DNA of 64,000 nucleotides from Octopus sinensis (taxonomy: Eukaryota): assembly GCF_006345805.1 (NCBI RefSeq), contig NC_042997.1, positions 10,912,001 through 10,976,000 of the forward strand. The letters run 5' to 3'. Made by a program: the position numbers and the translations under genes. The first letter of the stretch is position 1; each line of letters starts with the position of its first letter. The notes under the pieces were generated by a model, which worked only from the letters and a program-made list of their open reading frames with translations, did not search any database and had not been told where the DNA came from. Below, piece after piece: positions 1 through 12,074 of this stretch.

Positions 1-135
1 CAGCCTGGCTAAATGGTTAAGAAGTTTGCTTAACAATCATGAGGTCCTGGGTTTGATCCCACTGCAGCACCCTAGGCAAGTGTCCTTTTTTATTGCCTCA
101 AGCCAACCCAAGCTTTGGGTAGGCAGAAACTCTGT
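1..135 (+). mobile_element. Degenerate tRNA-derived SINE head
   Basis: TGGTTAAG..GGGTTTGATCCC box-like motifs followed by the GGCAAGTGTC core shared with copies at 41000 and 46230. Confidence 0.6.
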
Positions 136-452
136 GCAAAATCCTGTCGGATAGATTGTACTTGTAATTCAACTATGTTACTCTGATTCTGCCTGAAAAT
201 TACATTAATGCTACATGTTTATTAATTTATATCTTTATCAATTATCTTCATCATCATCACCATCTTTGCTATCAGATATCAGTTTCCAGAACAACATTAG
301 ATCCCAAGAACTTTAAAAGTAGTTTTTCATTTTAGTAAAAATTAGGAATTATATTTTGACATACTTACATAGTTATTCTCTTGAAATATTGTTATATTTT
401 TATATTTTGTCTCACATTTATTGTAATTTAATTATTTGCTTTTTCAAACAAG

Positions 453-583
453 TGGAGAGATCATTGGATGCAAGCCATATATTACCCATCAAAATACATA
501 GCAGTTGAAGCTGGAGAAGAAGTTTCCCTAACCAGTTGCCATGATGAGTACAGCTGGTGGTTTGATGTGTCTACTAAAAAGGA
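453..583 (+). CDS. PRMT7: PRMT7 exon (WRDHWMQAIYYPSKYIAVEAGEEVSLTSCHDEYSWWFDVSTKK)
   Basis: AG at 451-452, GTAAGT at 584; THW-loop-equivalent DHW motif. Confidence 0.92.
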
Positions 584-3500
584 GTAAGTTTTTATCTAAC
601 TTATCTACAAACTTCATCATCATCATCATCATCATCATCGTTAACGTCCGTTTTCCATGCTGGCATGGGTTGGACGGTTCGACTAGGGTCTGGAAAGACA
701 GAAGGCTGCACCAGACTCCAGTCTGATCTGACAATGTTTCTACAGCTGGATGCCCTTCCTAACGCCAACCACACCAAGAGTGTAGTGGGTTCGTTTTATA
801 TGCACCGGCACAGGGGCCAGAGGGTGCTGGCATCGACCATGATCAGATGGTGCTTTTTACGCGCCACCGGCATAGGGACCACAACTACAATTTCCATTTG
901 ATTGTGATTTGATTTCATTTGTTGATGTATTTGACTCAATAGGTCTCTTCAAGCATGGCATGTTGCCCTACGATCCAAGGTATTTTTGAGTTGGCTGGTT
1001 ATGCGACACTGGTGTAGGTTACAGCTGTGATCTCACTTTATTTACCAGGTCTTCTCAGTCATAGCATACCTCCAGAGGTCTCTGTCTTCCGTCATTTCCT
1101 CTGTGAGGCCCAACGTTCGAAGGTCATACTTCACCACTTCATCCCATGTCTTCATGGGTCTCCCTCTACCCCGGATTCCTTCCACTGTTTGGGAGTGATG
1201 CTTCTTCACACAGTTCTCCTCATCCATCTGTAGTACATGACCATACCAACGCAAATGTCTCTCTTGCACACCACATCCAATGCTTCTTTTTTCCAATATT
1301 TCTCTCAGGGCGCTTCCTTTCTTTCAAGCCTACACACATCTTCAGCAGTCACAGCCCATGTTTCACTGCCATGAAGCATAGCAGTTCACACACATGCGTC
1401 AGAGGCCCTTTGTCACCAGTAGGGGTAGAAGCTGTCTGAACTTTGCCCACTTATTCTAGTGATAACACTCTCTGAGCATTCACCCCCACTACTGACTTGG
1501 TCCCCTAGGCAGCAGAAACTATCAACTACTTCTAGTTTCTACCCCTGGCATGTGATGGAATCTATTTTCTGAGCATCTGTGGTGTTTATCGCCCCAGTGC
1601 ATTTCTCACACATGAAAGTTATCTTTCCGGTTAATCCTCCTTTGATGTTGCTGCAACCCTTATGCATCCGTAGCTTACACTGGGTACCTCTTATGGAATT
1701 TCTACCTGCACCTTTTCTACAGATCGAGCAGGGCCATCTACCTGAAGGGGTGTGTGATTTGTTCATCTTCCTACTTACTAGGACTCTGGTCTTTGCAACA
1801 TTAACTCTAAGGCCCTTCGACTCTAAACCTTGCTTCCACACCTGGAATTTCTTTTCTAGTTCTGGTAGTGATTCTGCTTTGAGGGCCAGGTTATCAGCAT
1901 TGAGGAGCTCCCAGGAGCAGCCTGTCTTAAATTCCTCTGTTATTGCCTGGAGGTCTACAATGAATAAGAGGAGGCTGAGGGCTGATCCTTGGTGGTCTCC
2001 TACTTCTACCTGGAATTCATTTAACTTATTTATTTATAAACAGACATAGTTTGTTTATATTTCCTTGTCTTGACATTACATGCTAGTTGTAAATGAGTGT
2101 CACTGTCATACAAGCAGTGTCATTCGTTTCCAATATTCTGCAAAAATGTCTGGCTCAGGTGAAATATAACCTTGCTTGAAAACAGGTGAGGGCTGGCAAC
2201 AGGAAGGGCTATCAGCCATAGAAAATCTGCCTCAACAAACTCCATCAAGCTTAGAAAAATAGATGCTAAAATGATTTAAGAGACTGAAAAGTCTTGGATG
2301 CTTCCTTATTAACAAAACCCATATTCTAAGAAAATTCTAAATCAATTTAAAATATGTTTTCGTTTTTAGTAGTTTTCTTTATTTAATTGATTTATACTTA
2401 TTTTCTATTCTTATGTAATGAGCCATCAAGGATGCCTCTACATGGTAGCTCAATTTGTTAGAAATCGCAGCCAGATCTCCATCAAATTATATCTTTTCTT
2501 AAAATACAGAAGGACGTTATATTATGCAGTCCTAGATACACCATCTGGGGAAAAAATGACACTGTTGACATGGCTAGAATGCCTTTGATAAGATTGCCTC
2601 TAACAAGGTGAGCTGGCAGAAACGTTAGCACGCCGGATGAAATGCTTAGTGGTATTTCGTCTGCCGTTACGTTCTGAGTTCAAATTCCGCCAAGGTTGAC
2701 TTTGCCTTTCATCCTTTCAGGGTCACTAAATTAAGTACCAGTTACACACTGGGGTCAATGTAATTGACTTAATCCCTTTGTCTGTCCTTGTTTGTCCCCT
2801 CTATGTTTAGCCCCTTGTGGGCAATAAAGAAATAAGATTGCCTCTAACAAAACTGACCTGGGTTTAACCAACAACTTTTACACAGATTGTAAAACTAGAT
2901 ATTCATATCATTTATTGAAGCTTTCATTGTACAAATGTAATTCTCTTTTTCAATATGATCCCTTATTTTTGTTAATTTCATGATTTGGTTTCTTTATTTT
3001 AAAATCAGGCCTCAAGTATCCATCAGTGATGTCTTGCCCGTGTGTAGTTGTGGCATACACTTAACTTATGGCAGAAACCGTTTAGGAATGTTGAATGACT
3101 CTGTTCGGAACCAAGTTTACGTCAATGAACTAAAGAAGGTAAAGTTCTGCCAAAGTATTTTTAAAAATCTAGTTTAATAAATTGCATAAAATTTAATAAT
3201 ATTTTGGAATATCTAAAAGTGTGAACAAACACTATATTTCTTGACAATATTCCTGGCGTGTATGTATATTTATGTCTTCATGTTTACATGTGTATATTGC
3301 TGTTTAATCTCAAGCCAGGCCTGATCTTGTAACCAAAGGCATTTAAACTGTGAGCATCTTTGTTTTCTGCTTTATTTTTCAATCCTTCATTTCTTTTTTA
3401 TCATCAAGGACCACATTATTCAATGTACTCTTCCTGTTTCAGAACAGTGTAGTGTGATTTGGGAGAGATTTGGCTCCTATTTCTAACAAGTTGAGTAAAC

Positions 3501-6500
3501 TGAACAGGGCCTCCTTCATTGGGTTGTGTGTCTCCGTGTGTGTGTGTGTGTGTCCGTGCATGTGTGTGTGTCCATGCGTGTAGCTGTGTGTTTTATACTC
3601 CTGTTCGCACTGAGAATTAAGATTATAGTTACAGTACATATTTCATTTCTTTTATTATAGAAATTCACTGAAAATACTGTAGTAGTAAAAAGGTCATTCA
3701 TGGGCATAAAACTATTAATTCAAAAGTATTCAATTACAGAATACAATTTTCGCATTCTCTAACTTTTACCGTCATTGATGTTATGGTTAGTTTAATGACA
3801 AATTATTTTTTTTTTTATCTATGTTTTGCAGGTTATCAATAAGGATACTGTTTGCCTATCTATTGGAGATGGTTCTTTAATTCCTCTTATTGCTGCTAAG
3901 TTAGGAGCCAAAAAGGTATCTGCTTACAACTGGGTTTTTCTAAACCATATAAAGTTTTATTTATGCTTTGTTTTCATTAGGTTGTAGATTGCCAGTGCCG
4001 CCTGACTGGCACCCTTGCCAGTGACATGTAAAAAGCACCATTAGGGTATGGTCGTTGCCAGTGCCACCTGACAGGCTTCCCTGCTGGTGGCACGTAAAAA
4101 GTACCATTCAAGCATAGTCGATGCCAGTAATACCTGACTGGCCCTCGTGCTGGTGGCACATAAAAAGCACCCAAAACTCTCTCGGAGTGGTTGGCGTTAG
4201 GAAGGGCATCCAGCTGTAGAAACTTTGCCAGATCAGATTGGAGTATGGTACAGCCTTCTGGCTTGCCAGTCCTCAGTCAAACCATCCAACCCATGCCAGC
4301 AGGGAAAGCAGACGTTAAATGACGACGATGAGGATGATTTCAGAAAATAACAAGATGTTTGTTATTTTCCTTTAATCTATGAAGCCTCCGTTGTTGCATT
4401 AATAACAACAGTTGACATTATCTCAGTTATTACCTTCTCTCCTTTCTGTGCTCAAACGAGTTCTAGTGACACAACGTTGTATCAGTTTTACAGAGATTAA
4501 GTAATATAACCTCGAGTAATTGAACCTAAGGTTTTTGTGGTTGTATTTCTTTCCTGATTCCTATTTTGTTTTAATTTGTTTGCTTCAGTTTTTTAACTAT
4601 CGCACAACAAATAGGAAGACATCATATTGAGTATCATAACTGATACATAACAAATACATCCTAATCATTTTAATTTCATCATTCATGTTTTATTAATGAA
4701 CTCATAAAATATATTGGTATTAATAATGTCTAATTTCATTATGCTTGACATAAGAATACACACACACACACACGAAACGATTTATTTTATACATTTATAA
4801 TGTATATACAAATGTACAACTGTACAAGCTTTAATGTTATAAACACAAAATCTCTCAAATAAAGTCTGAGACAGATATATTGCAGCTATCACCATTCTAT
4901 GTTTGTATAGAATATAACTTAGATAAGTTTTGGCCAGTATAGGCCCAGACCATGTCTAACTTAAAAGCACCACCTGGTGAAGCCTTTTAGATCATGATTC
5001 ACATCTCAGTTATGTATGGGACACCATGGCCCACTCTAGCAAAGAGTTATTATTGTTGGAGACATATCCAAGTGTAGGGACTTTTTGGAGAAATTTGTCC
5101 AGAGAACATTTGAATTATTTTAATCAATGCTGTTTTGAAGTGCATGTGTTCTTTATTATATTCTCCATTTCACCCCTTCATTATCTCTACCACTACTCAT
5201 AATTCCTGTTTCCCTGCCCCCACGTAAAAAACACCATTCAAGCATGATCGTTACCTGCGTCACCTTACTGGCACTTGTGCTGGTGGCACGTGAAAAAACA
5301 TTCGAGTGAGGTCGTTGCCAGTGCCGCTGGACTTGCTCCTGTGCAGGTGGCACATAAAAGGCACCATTTGAGCGTGGCCATTGCCAGTACTGTCTCACTG
5401 GCCCTCGTCCCAGTGGCACGTAAAAGCACCCACTACACTCACAGAGTGGTTGGTGTTAGGAAGGGCATCCAGCTGTAGAAACTCTGCCAGATCAGATTGG
5501 AGTCTGGTGCAGCCATCTGGTTCACCAGACCTCAGTCAAATCGTTAGGAAGGGCATCCAGCTGTAGAAACTTTGCCAGATCAGATTGGAGCATGGTACAG
5601 CCTTCTGGCTTGCCAGTCCTCAGTCAAACCATCCAACCCATGCCAGCAGGGAAAGCAGACGTTAAAGGCACCATTTGAGCATGGCCATTGCCAGTACTAT
5701 CTCACTGGCCCTCGTCCCAGTGGCACATAAAAGCACCCACTACACTCACGGAGTGGTTGGTGTTAGGAAGGGCATCCAGCTGTAGAAACTCTGCCAGATC
5801 AGATTGGAGTCTGGTGCAGCCATCTGGTTCACCAGACCTCAGTCAAATCGTTCAACCCATGCTGGCATGGAAAACGGACTTTAAACGATGATGATGATGA
5901 TGATATTTATGTACCTATAACTTATTCTATGCTAAGTAATTGACCAAATTTGTTTTGGGGAGAAAAATTAAATTTATGTACATAATATATGAGAACCTGA
6001 ACACTAGGCACTCTGAAGTATCAATGGTAGTACGATTCAAGTCTGTGGGTCTGTTTCTTATTTCTATTTCATTAAGTGTTTATGATGTACAATGTCATTT
6101 TAATTTGAATTTTAACTTCTATTTATATCAGGTTTTTGCTGTTGAAACCCATAAACACAATTATCAAATCATAGAGAGTTTTATTAAAAGTAACAATGCC
6201 GAAGGTGTTATCACATTATTAGACAAAATACCTACAAAGCAGCAGTTTGATTTAATGAAGGTAAAATTATAAATTCTATCATTTTCTCCTTTGATGTTTC
6301 TTCATTATATTTCCTTCTCAGTTTTTATCCTTGTTCACTTTCTCCTCCACAACATCTCACCTTTCTCTATCTCTCTCTCTCCCCATTCACTACACCTGCC
6401 CCTCACTTTTACAACTTACCCAATCATGTCTTCTCTCCCTGTCTTCCTTCTATCCTCTCTGTTTCACTACTTATCTCTCAACACACGTTCTCGATTATAT

Positions 6501-9500
6501 TCCTCTCTCAATCCTTCTCTATCTCTACCAATCTCTTACTTTCCCATACACTCTTGCAATCTCTGCCCACCCACCCACACTTCCTGTTCTCCTGCCCATC
6601 CTCACTTTCACTATTTTTATGGTCTTAAGTCATCTGCAATTCTTTGGTCTCTTATATGTAAGTATATATATCTAAATTTTGTACGACTCTATTGTTCTTT
6701 GTATTCTTTCATCCTTTCCTTCTTTCTTTCAGCCCTTTCACACTTCGTTCATTCCACTCTTCATTCTTTCATTCCTCCTCTCTCACATTTCCTGGCCTTC
6801 TCTTCATGCTCACTTTCCCTCTTTCACTTCACAGGCTTTACTTCCACACACGCCAGCTTAATTTAATTCGTCCTTAGTCAAAAGACACCTGTTATTATGT
6901 CCTGTTATTTATATTTGTGTAATATTTCTGGGGTTTTTTTCGTCCTTGTTTCATATACATTCACTGCTTTCTTCCAAGGAATGTAATGCTCTTAGCTTAT
7001 TTTTCCTTGGGGCTGGCCAGATTGGAGCAGTCTTGAGTATAACCAGCTGAAATTGGAAAGATAATCTGGAACTCGACTGAGGATAGAAAACTCCAAATGA
7101 TCTGTCCTTGTTTTCCTTGTATCGTCTGTCTGGATAGTTTGTTTTCCTTTTTTTGTTTCACCTAACTGTCTGAATGTTTTGTGTTCTTGTCCCATTTTTG
7201 TATGTTATATATATATATATATTTATCAATATAAAAATGGCACAAAAATGCAATAGAGGACGATAAAGCATTCAGACAGATAGACGATACAAAAGCAGAC
7301 AAGAGAAACAACAATTAGAAGGACAGGTATCAGTACCATCGAAGTAGTTGCCTGATGATAAAAGTTAGCTGTTGGAGATAAGTTAAGGACTGATAAAAGG
7401 ATCCAATAGTGTACATAAATGTTTCACAGCATTTATTTTCTCATTCATTTTCTCATAGGTTGATATCGCCATAGGAGAACCAAGTTTTAATTCTTGCCTG
7501 CTACCCTGGCATAATTTGCATTTCTGGTACATTCTCAGCGAATTATCTTCCACACTTACATGTTACCCCAACAAAATGAAAATCTTTGGAATGGCCATGC
7601 AATTTAGAGACCTTTCAAAAATTCGTTCAGCAGTAAAAACATGTGAAGGATTTTGTTTAGAGGAATTTGATTCTATGATTGAGGTAAGAATCTTCTTTTT
7701 TAAAAACCATTTTATGTATGTCATTTTTTATTTTATTATATACCTTGCATCATTATTTATTTTTTGAGGGTTAATTTAGCTTTTACATCAAAGTCACTAC
7801 CATGTATTATTGAAACAATAAACAAAGCACTGAACATAATGTAAAGCAAATAACTCAGCTCTTGCTGATATTAATTGGGAGTTTACTATCCTATTTGTTC
7901 TTCTATAAAGAATGTTGAATATTATAAAAGTGCTTTTGTCATTTAATCACTTGATCCTAAAGGCTGCTACAAAATTTGAATATATCCAAGTTGTTTATAA
8001 TATATGTTGTTTTTATGAAGTTTTACTTCAACATTTATCATATGCCCTTTAAAGAAGCATTTTCATAAGCCAAGAAAAGAATTTTTTATATCTAATAAAT
8101 ATTAACTTTTTTTATGGCTTCTGCTTGTAATTGAAGTGAAGTTAAAATATTGATGGCTATTGATGGTTAAGATGTCCAATATGTAGCTTAAATTCTTATC
8201 CTTAAATATATTAGATATTAATTGAATTCATATTAAATTAAAAGGAAATTTTAATAATAATAATCCTGAGAGGGATGAAAGGCAAAGTCGACCTCAGCAG
8301 AACTTGAACTCAGAACGTAAAGACAGATGAAATGCTCCTAAGCATTTTGTCCAGCATACTAACTATTCTGCCAGCTCACCACCTTTTTGTTGATGGTAGT
8401 GGTGGTGGTGGCGGCAGCGGTTTCTAAAAGTCATGGATGTTGCACTGTTTTTTTGATTTTATAAGTACTGTCCATGAGTGATAGAAATATTGAATTCCAA
8501 AAGGTGGCCAAAGTTATCCTTAGAAAGATGGTTGTTAATCTTGTGGGCGTCTACCAAGTTAACTACTATACATCAAAACTTTAAGCAATACATTCAAGAT
8601 ATGGTAAGTGACTGACAGAGGATATTTGTCTGATTGCACGTCTTTGGACAGTTTCCACATGCATGCATCTTGTATGTCTTTTAATTAACAACTTTGTGTG
8701 AATTATCTTATTTTAATTGTAGGATTCCTCACTCAGAGTTGACCGAAATATTGAAGCTGAAGTACTCTGGGAATATCCAGGCAAAGCACTTTCTGAACCT
8801 CTTGAAATTGCTTCTTTTGATCTTTCTTCCATTTTTGAAGAGAATAAAGTGTATAATGAACACACACTAACATTTACCAGGTGAGTAATTTTCGCCATTA
8901 TATACTGACAATGTTTTCTGTCATTATATAATGATAGGAAACTATCATGCTTATTCATCTTCAAATAGATCACTGAAGAAAATTGAGTAATAAATGGTTT
9001 GTTTGTTTTATATCCATTTTCTCCATGCTAGCATGGACAAGGCAAATATATTATTGAAGCATTATTTTACAGCTGGATGTCCTTCCTGTTGCTAACCTTT
9101 AATCTGTTTATGAAGTAAGAAATCTCTTGTTCACACATTTTCGAAGGCACAAAGCCAGTGGAAGATTTAAGTGAAAATGTGAACACATTCACCTATGTGA
9201 GCCCAGTACCTTAGATAAGTCAAATGAGTCCATATGACTCATCTAATATTTTAACCCCTTAGTTATGAGACCTGCTCATGAACACAATGGAATAATTATA
9301 GTAGAATTTGAACACATGACTGTAGCATCAGTAATACAGCATTTTAACTTCATGTATATGTAAAAATTGTAGCTGCATTTTTTTTTCATATTTATTATAT
9401 TCTTTTTCTTCTGCTTCAGAAATGGAACATGCAATGGTATTGCATTCTGGGTAGAATTCCAATATGGTACCACAACGATTAGTACAGGCATAATAAACTC

Positions 9501-9657
9501 TGAAGAGAAAACATCAGATGGCTATGTTACTTGGGATAAACACACACGCCAAGGAGTTCATTTGCTTAACCAACCTATTGATGCTACCTCTAATGGAAAA
9601 TTTCCTGTCACTTTAACTTATCATCCTAAATCTGGTCAAATCAATATAGAATTTTAA
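453..9657 (+). CDS. PRMT7: Protein arginine N-methyltransferase 7, 3' part (7 coding exons: 453-583, 3009-3138, 3832-3915, 6132-6260, 7459-7683, 8723-8880, 9420-9657); 5' exons lie upstream of the window
   Basis: The spliced translation has PRMT7 motifs WRDHWMQAIYY..HDEYSWWF, PVCSCGIH..RLGMLND, CLSIGDGSL, GEPSFNSCLLPWHNLHFWY, LWEYPG and WDKHTRQGV. All introns are GT-AG with compatible phases (2,0,0,0,0,2). Stop TAA at 9655-9657. Confidence 0.95.
615..2018 (-). mobile_element. 5'-truncated RTE-clade LINE in a PRMT7 intron
   Basis: Decayed RT motifs GDHQGSALS and WELLNADNL (from YADD); C-terminal RLRWYGHV-like..GRGRPMKTW; 3' UTR and (ATG)n tail at 615-639; frameshifted. Confidence 0.9.
2607..2831 (+). 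mobile_element. Nin/Deu-domain-type SINE with 19-bp TSD
   Basis: GACTTTGCCTTTCATCCTTTC..TAAGTACCAG core; direct repeat ATAAGATTGCCTCTAACAA at 2588-2606 and 2832-2850. Confidence 0.85.
3009..3138 (+). CDS. PRMT7: PRMT7 exon (PQVSISDVLPVCSCGIHLTYGRNRLGMLNDSVRNQVYVNELKK)
   Basis: CAG acceptor ending 3008, GTAAAG donor; CxC..H zinc-binding linker between the two PRMT modules. Confidence 0.92.
3832..3915 (+). CDS. PRMT7: PRMT7 exon (VINKDTVCLSIGDGSLIPLIAAKLGAKK)
   Basis: Polypyrimidine tract and TGCAG acceptor, GT donor at 3916; degenerate motif I of the second module. Confidence 0.92.
3985..4337 (+). mobile_element. RTE 3'-end-derived repeat with about 60-bp tandem units
   Basis: GAGTGGTTGGCGTTAGGAAGGGCATCCAGCTGTAGAAAC core and ATG-type tail shared with the LINE at 615. 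Confidence 0.85.
5218..5903 (+). mobile_element. Composite RTE 3'-end repeat with internal duplications
   Basis: Core motif present three times; (ATG)n tail. Confidence 0.85.
6132..6260 (+). CDS. PRMT7: PRMT7 exon (VFAVETHKHNYQIIESFIKSNNAEGVITLLDKIPTKQQFDLMK)
   Basis: CAG acceptor, GTAAAA donor, 129 nt phase 0; VFAVE post-I motif. Confidence 0.9.
7459..7683 (+). CDS. PRMT7: PRMT7 exon (VDIAIGEPSFNSCLLPWHNLHFWY...CEGFCLEEFDSMIE)
   Basis: TAG acceptor, GTAAGA donor, 225 nt; GEP..LLPWHNL motif. Confidence 0.95.
8723..8880 (+). CDS. PRMT7: PRMT7 exon (DSSLRVDRNIEAEVLWEYPGKALSEPLEIASFDL...)
   Basis: TAG acceptor, GTGAGT donor; LWEYP..LSEP motif. Confidence 0.92.
9420..9657 (+). CDS. PRMT7: PRMT7 terminal coding exon (NGTCNGIAFWVEFQY...WDKHTRQGVHLL...GQINIEF*)
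   Basis: CAG acceptor ending 9419, in-frame stop TAA. Confidence 0.92.
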
Positions 9658-10176
9658 CCATTTAAGAACTATGGAAAAATTAAATTGCTTTTATCAAAAA
9701 TACTTCATTGTTATGTTTTACTATGAAAGCTGTTTTTAAAAAAATTTAATTTACATTACATTTTCATTCCAGAAAATTTCTATGTGTATGTAAATTTAAA
9801 ATTATATTCAATGTGGTTGTTTGACATTGGTTGTTTTTATTCAGTATCACTATTTTAATTTTTTTTCCCATAATATGTGTTTACTCTTTAGCTAATATCC
9901 AATTGTTTTCATCCTATATCGTAATTGTTTGTAAGGACTCAGATAGTTAGATCTGACCTCACCATTTCCAATGTATTCCATGATTTCAGACACAAGCACA
10001 ATCCACAGTACAGTCAAAACACAACACTATCAACTAGCTATCATGGTAGTAATGATAGCAAAGAAAATAAACACAATTTTTCAGTGTCTTAGTTTCTTCT
10101 CAAAGGATTTGAATGACTTTAAAACTAGGTTTTTCCCTCTAGAGTTACTAGTCTAAATTGCATGTTTCATTAATTC

Positions 10177-10186
10177 AATAAATAAA
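10177..10186 (+). promoter_or_regulatory. Candidate PRMT7 polyadenylation signal (two overlapping AATAAA)
   Basis: AATAAATAAA about 520 nt after the stop; hexamers are common in AT-rich DNA, so support is weak. Confidence 0.3.
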
Positions 10187-10458
10187 TGTATGACATCAGT
10201 CAGCATTAGATGTATTTAAACTACTTTAAGGAGTAACACTAGACATTTTATTCCCATGTGGTCTCCTAGGCCAAGTTATGCTTAGTTGAAGTATAGATTA
10301 ATATTCAGAAAATGTGGGAAGAAGTTTCATTGATGTCATTCTTTTCTTATGGCAGATTATAAAATTGTTTAATTTAGGACCTTCCAAGAAATGAGAAAGT
10401 AATGGGTGTCAATAAAACAAGTAGGTAGGTGGCATAAGAAAATTCAAATATGTATTAA

Positions 10459-10678
10459 CCCTTTCATTACCAACCGAGCTGAAATCAGCTCTGGCTCTGA
10501 GTACAAATGTCTTGTTTTCATAAGTTTTGAATTAAAATCTTCCACCAAACCTTAGTCGCAATTTATGTTCCTAACACTAGCTGAATGGTAACTAAGTCAC
10601 TTTACTAAATTCTTTGTTATATTTGAAGTAATTGAAAGAAACACAGAACATCTCAAAATAAATACAGTAATGAAAGGG
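10459..10678. mobile_element. piggyBac-type MITE
   Basis: TTAA on both sides; TIR CCCTTTCATTAC/GTAATGAAAGGG; related decayed copies near 16870 and 24510-24730. Confidence 0.85.
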
Positions 10679-11011
10679 TTAATGATAGCTGCCCAATCTT
10701 TGGAGACAGTTGTGTTTTAGTGGTAACAGATGAGATCAGTTAGTAATTAGATGAATCAGACAAGCTATCTTCCATTCAACTGAAGATTATAGGACTGCCT
10801 CTTTAATGTTCACAGTAAAAAGTATTTAAATGTGATGTAAAATAGGTTTACCAAAGATAACAGTAAAGACCCAGAAATGACACAATTCATTTGTCAATTA
10901 TTTGGGCCTACATTAAATTACGAAATCCTCACCAGAGCTCAAAAACCACATGCCAGACATCTGTTGTACGACTGTCAATGAACTGTTAAGATAAGAATTT
11001 TTGCAGTATAA

Positions 11012-11784
11012 TTAATGACCAGTGACCGAGACCTTTGGAAATATTCTGTACGTGAGAAGACCAGGCAGGACAAGTGAGCCCAGCCCACTTATGAATGCCG
11101 TTCCTCCCTTGGACACAAAGACCTGTTGAGGCAAGCGAAGTTGATATAGAACCTCATCCGACGACAGGCACCCATGCCAACCCCCTCTGCTTGCGAAGAC
11201 ATGTTGGGGCAAGCGAAATCGAAAATCAAAACCGAATTGAACCAGCCAGGATCCCTGGTCTGGTGGTACGTAAAAGGCACTATCCGACTCGTGGCCGATG
11301 CCAGCGCCGCTTCCACTGGCTTCCGTGCCGGTGGCACGTAAAATACTCCAATCCGACCGTACGACAGGCACCCATGCCAACCCCCTTTGCTTGTGAAGAC
11401 ATGTTGGGGCAAGCGAAATCGAAATCGAATTGAACCAGCCAGGATCCCTGGTCTGGTGGTACGTAAAAAGCACTATCCGATTCGTGGCCGATGCCAGCAC
11501 CGCCTCGACTGGCTTCCGTGCCGGTGGCACATAAAATACACCAATCCGACCGTGGCCGTTGCCAGCCTCGCCTGGCACCTGTGCAGGTGGCACGTAAAAA
11601 GCACCCACTACACTCACGGAGTGGTTGGCGTTAGGAAGGGCATCCAGCTGTAGAAACATTGCCAGATTAGACTAGAGCCTGGTGCAGCCTTCTGGCTTCC
11701 CAGATCCCCGGTCGAATCGTCCAACCCATGCTAGCATGGAGAACGGACGTTAAACGATGATGATGATGATGATGATGATGATGA
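11012..11784 (+). mobile_element. RTE 3' fragment with a 200-bp internal tandem duplication and (ATG)n tail
   Basis: ACGACAGGCACCCATGCCAACCCC at both 11161 and 11361; core motif and long ATG tail. Confidence 0.85.
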
Positions 11785-12074
11785 ATTAACTTCCAATAGG
11801 GTGGCATTTTGTCTCAAAAGCTCAAAAAGACAATGACTGGAATACTTCTCAAGCTCTATCTCACCACTACATACACAGTCACTATATGCAAAAAAACACC
11901 TTTGATCTCTCCACTTAAACAACATTATGACTACCATTGACGCTTTGAATACGATAGGGTCTTTTGTAATACTGTGAGCTAAAAAGTGCGATTATCAAAC
12001 AATTAGCAGAAAAAAATTTTAAGAGGTGGGGGTTAACCCTACAATGATGAAAAAGGGAGATAACTCCTATAAGA

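Noticed and set aside
6291-6866. 191-aa Ser/Leu/Phe-rich ORF
   Set aside because: Stop-poor pyrimidine-rich tract inside a PRMT7 intron; TTG start.
11012-11659. 215-aa ORF and the related [12 protein letters not shown] ORFs
   Set aside because: Antisense read-through of the RTE 3' UTR repeat; recurs wherever the repeat occurs.
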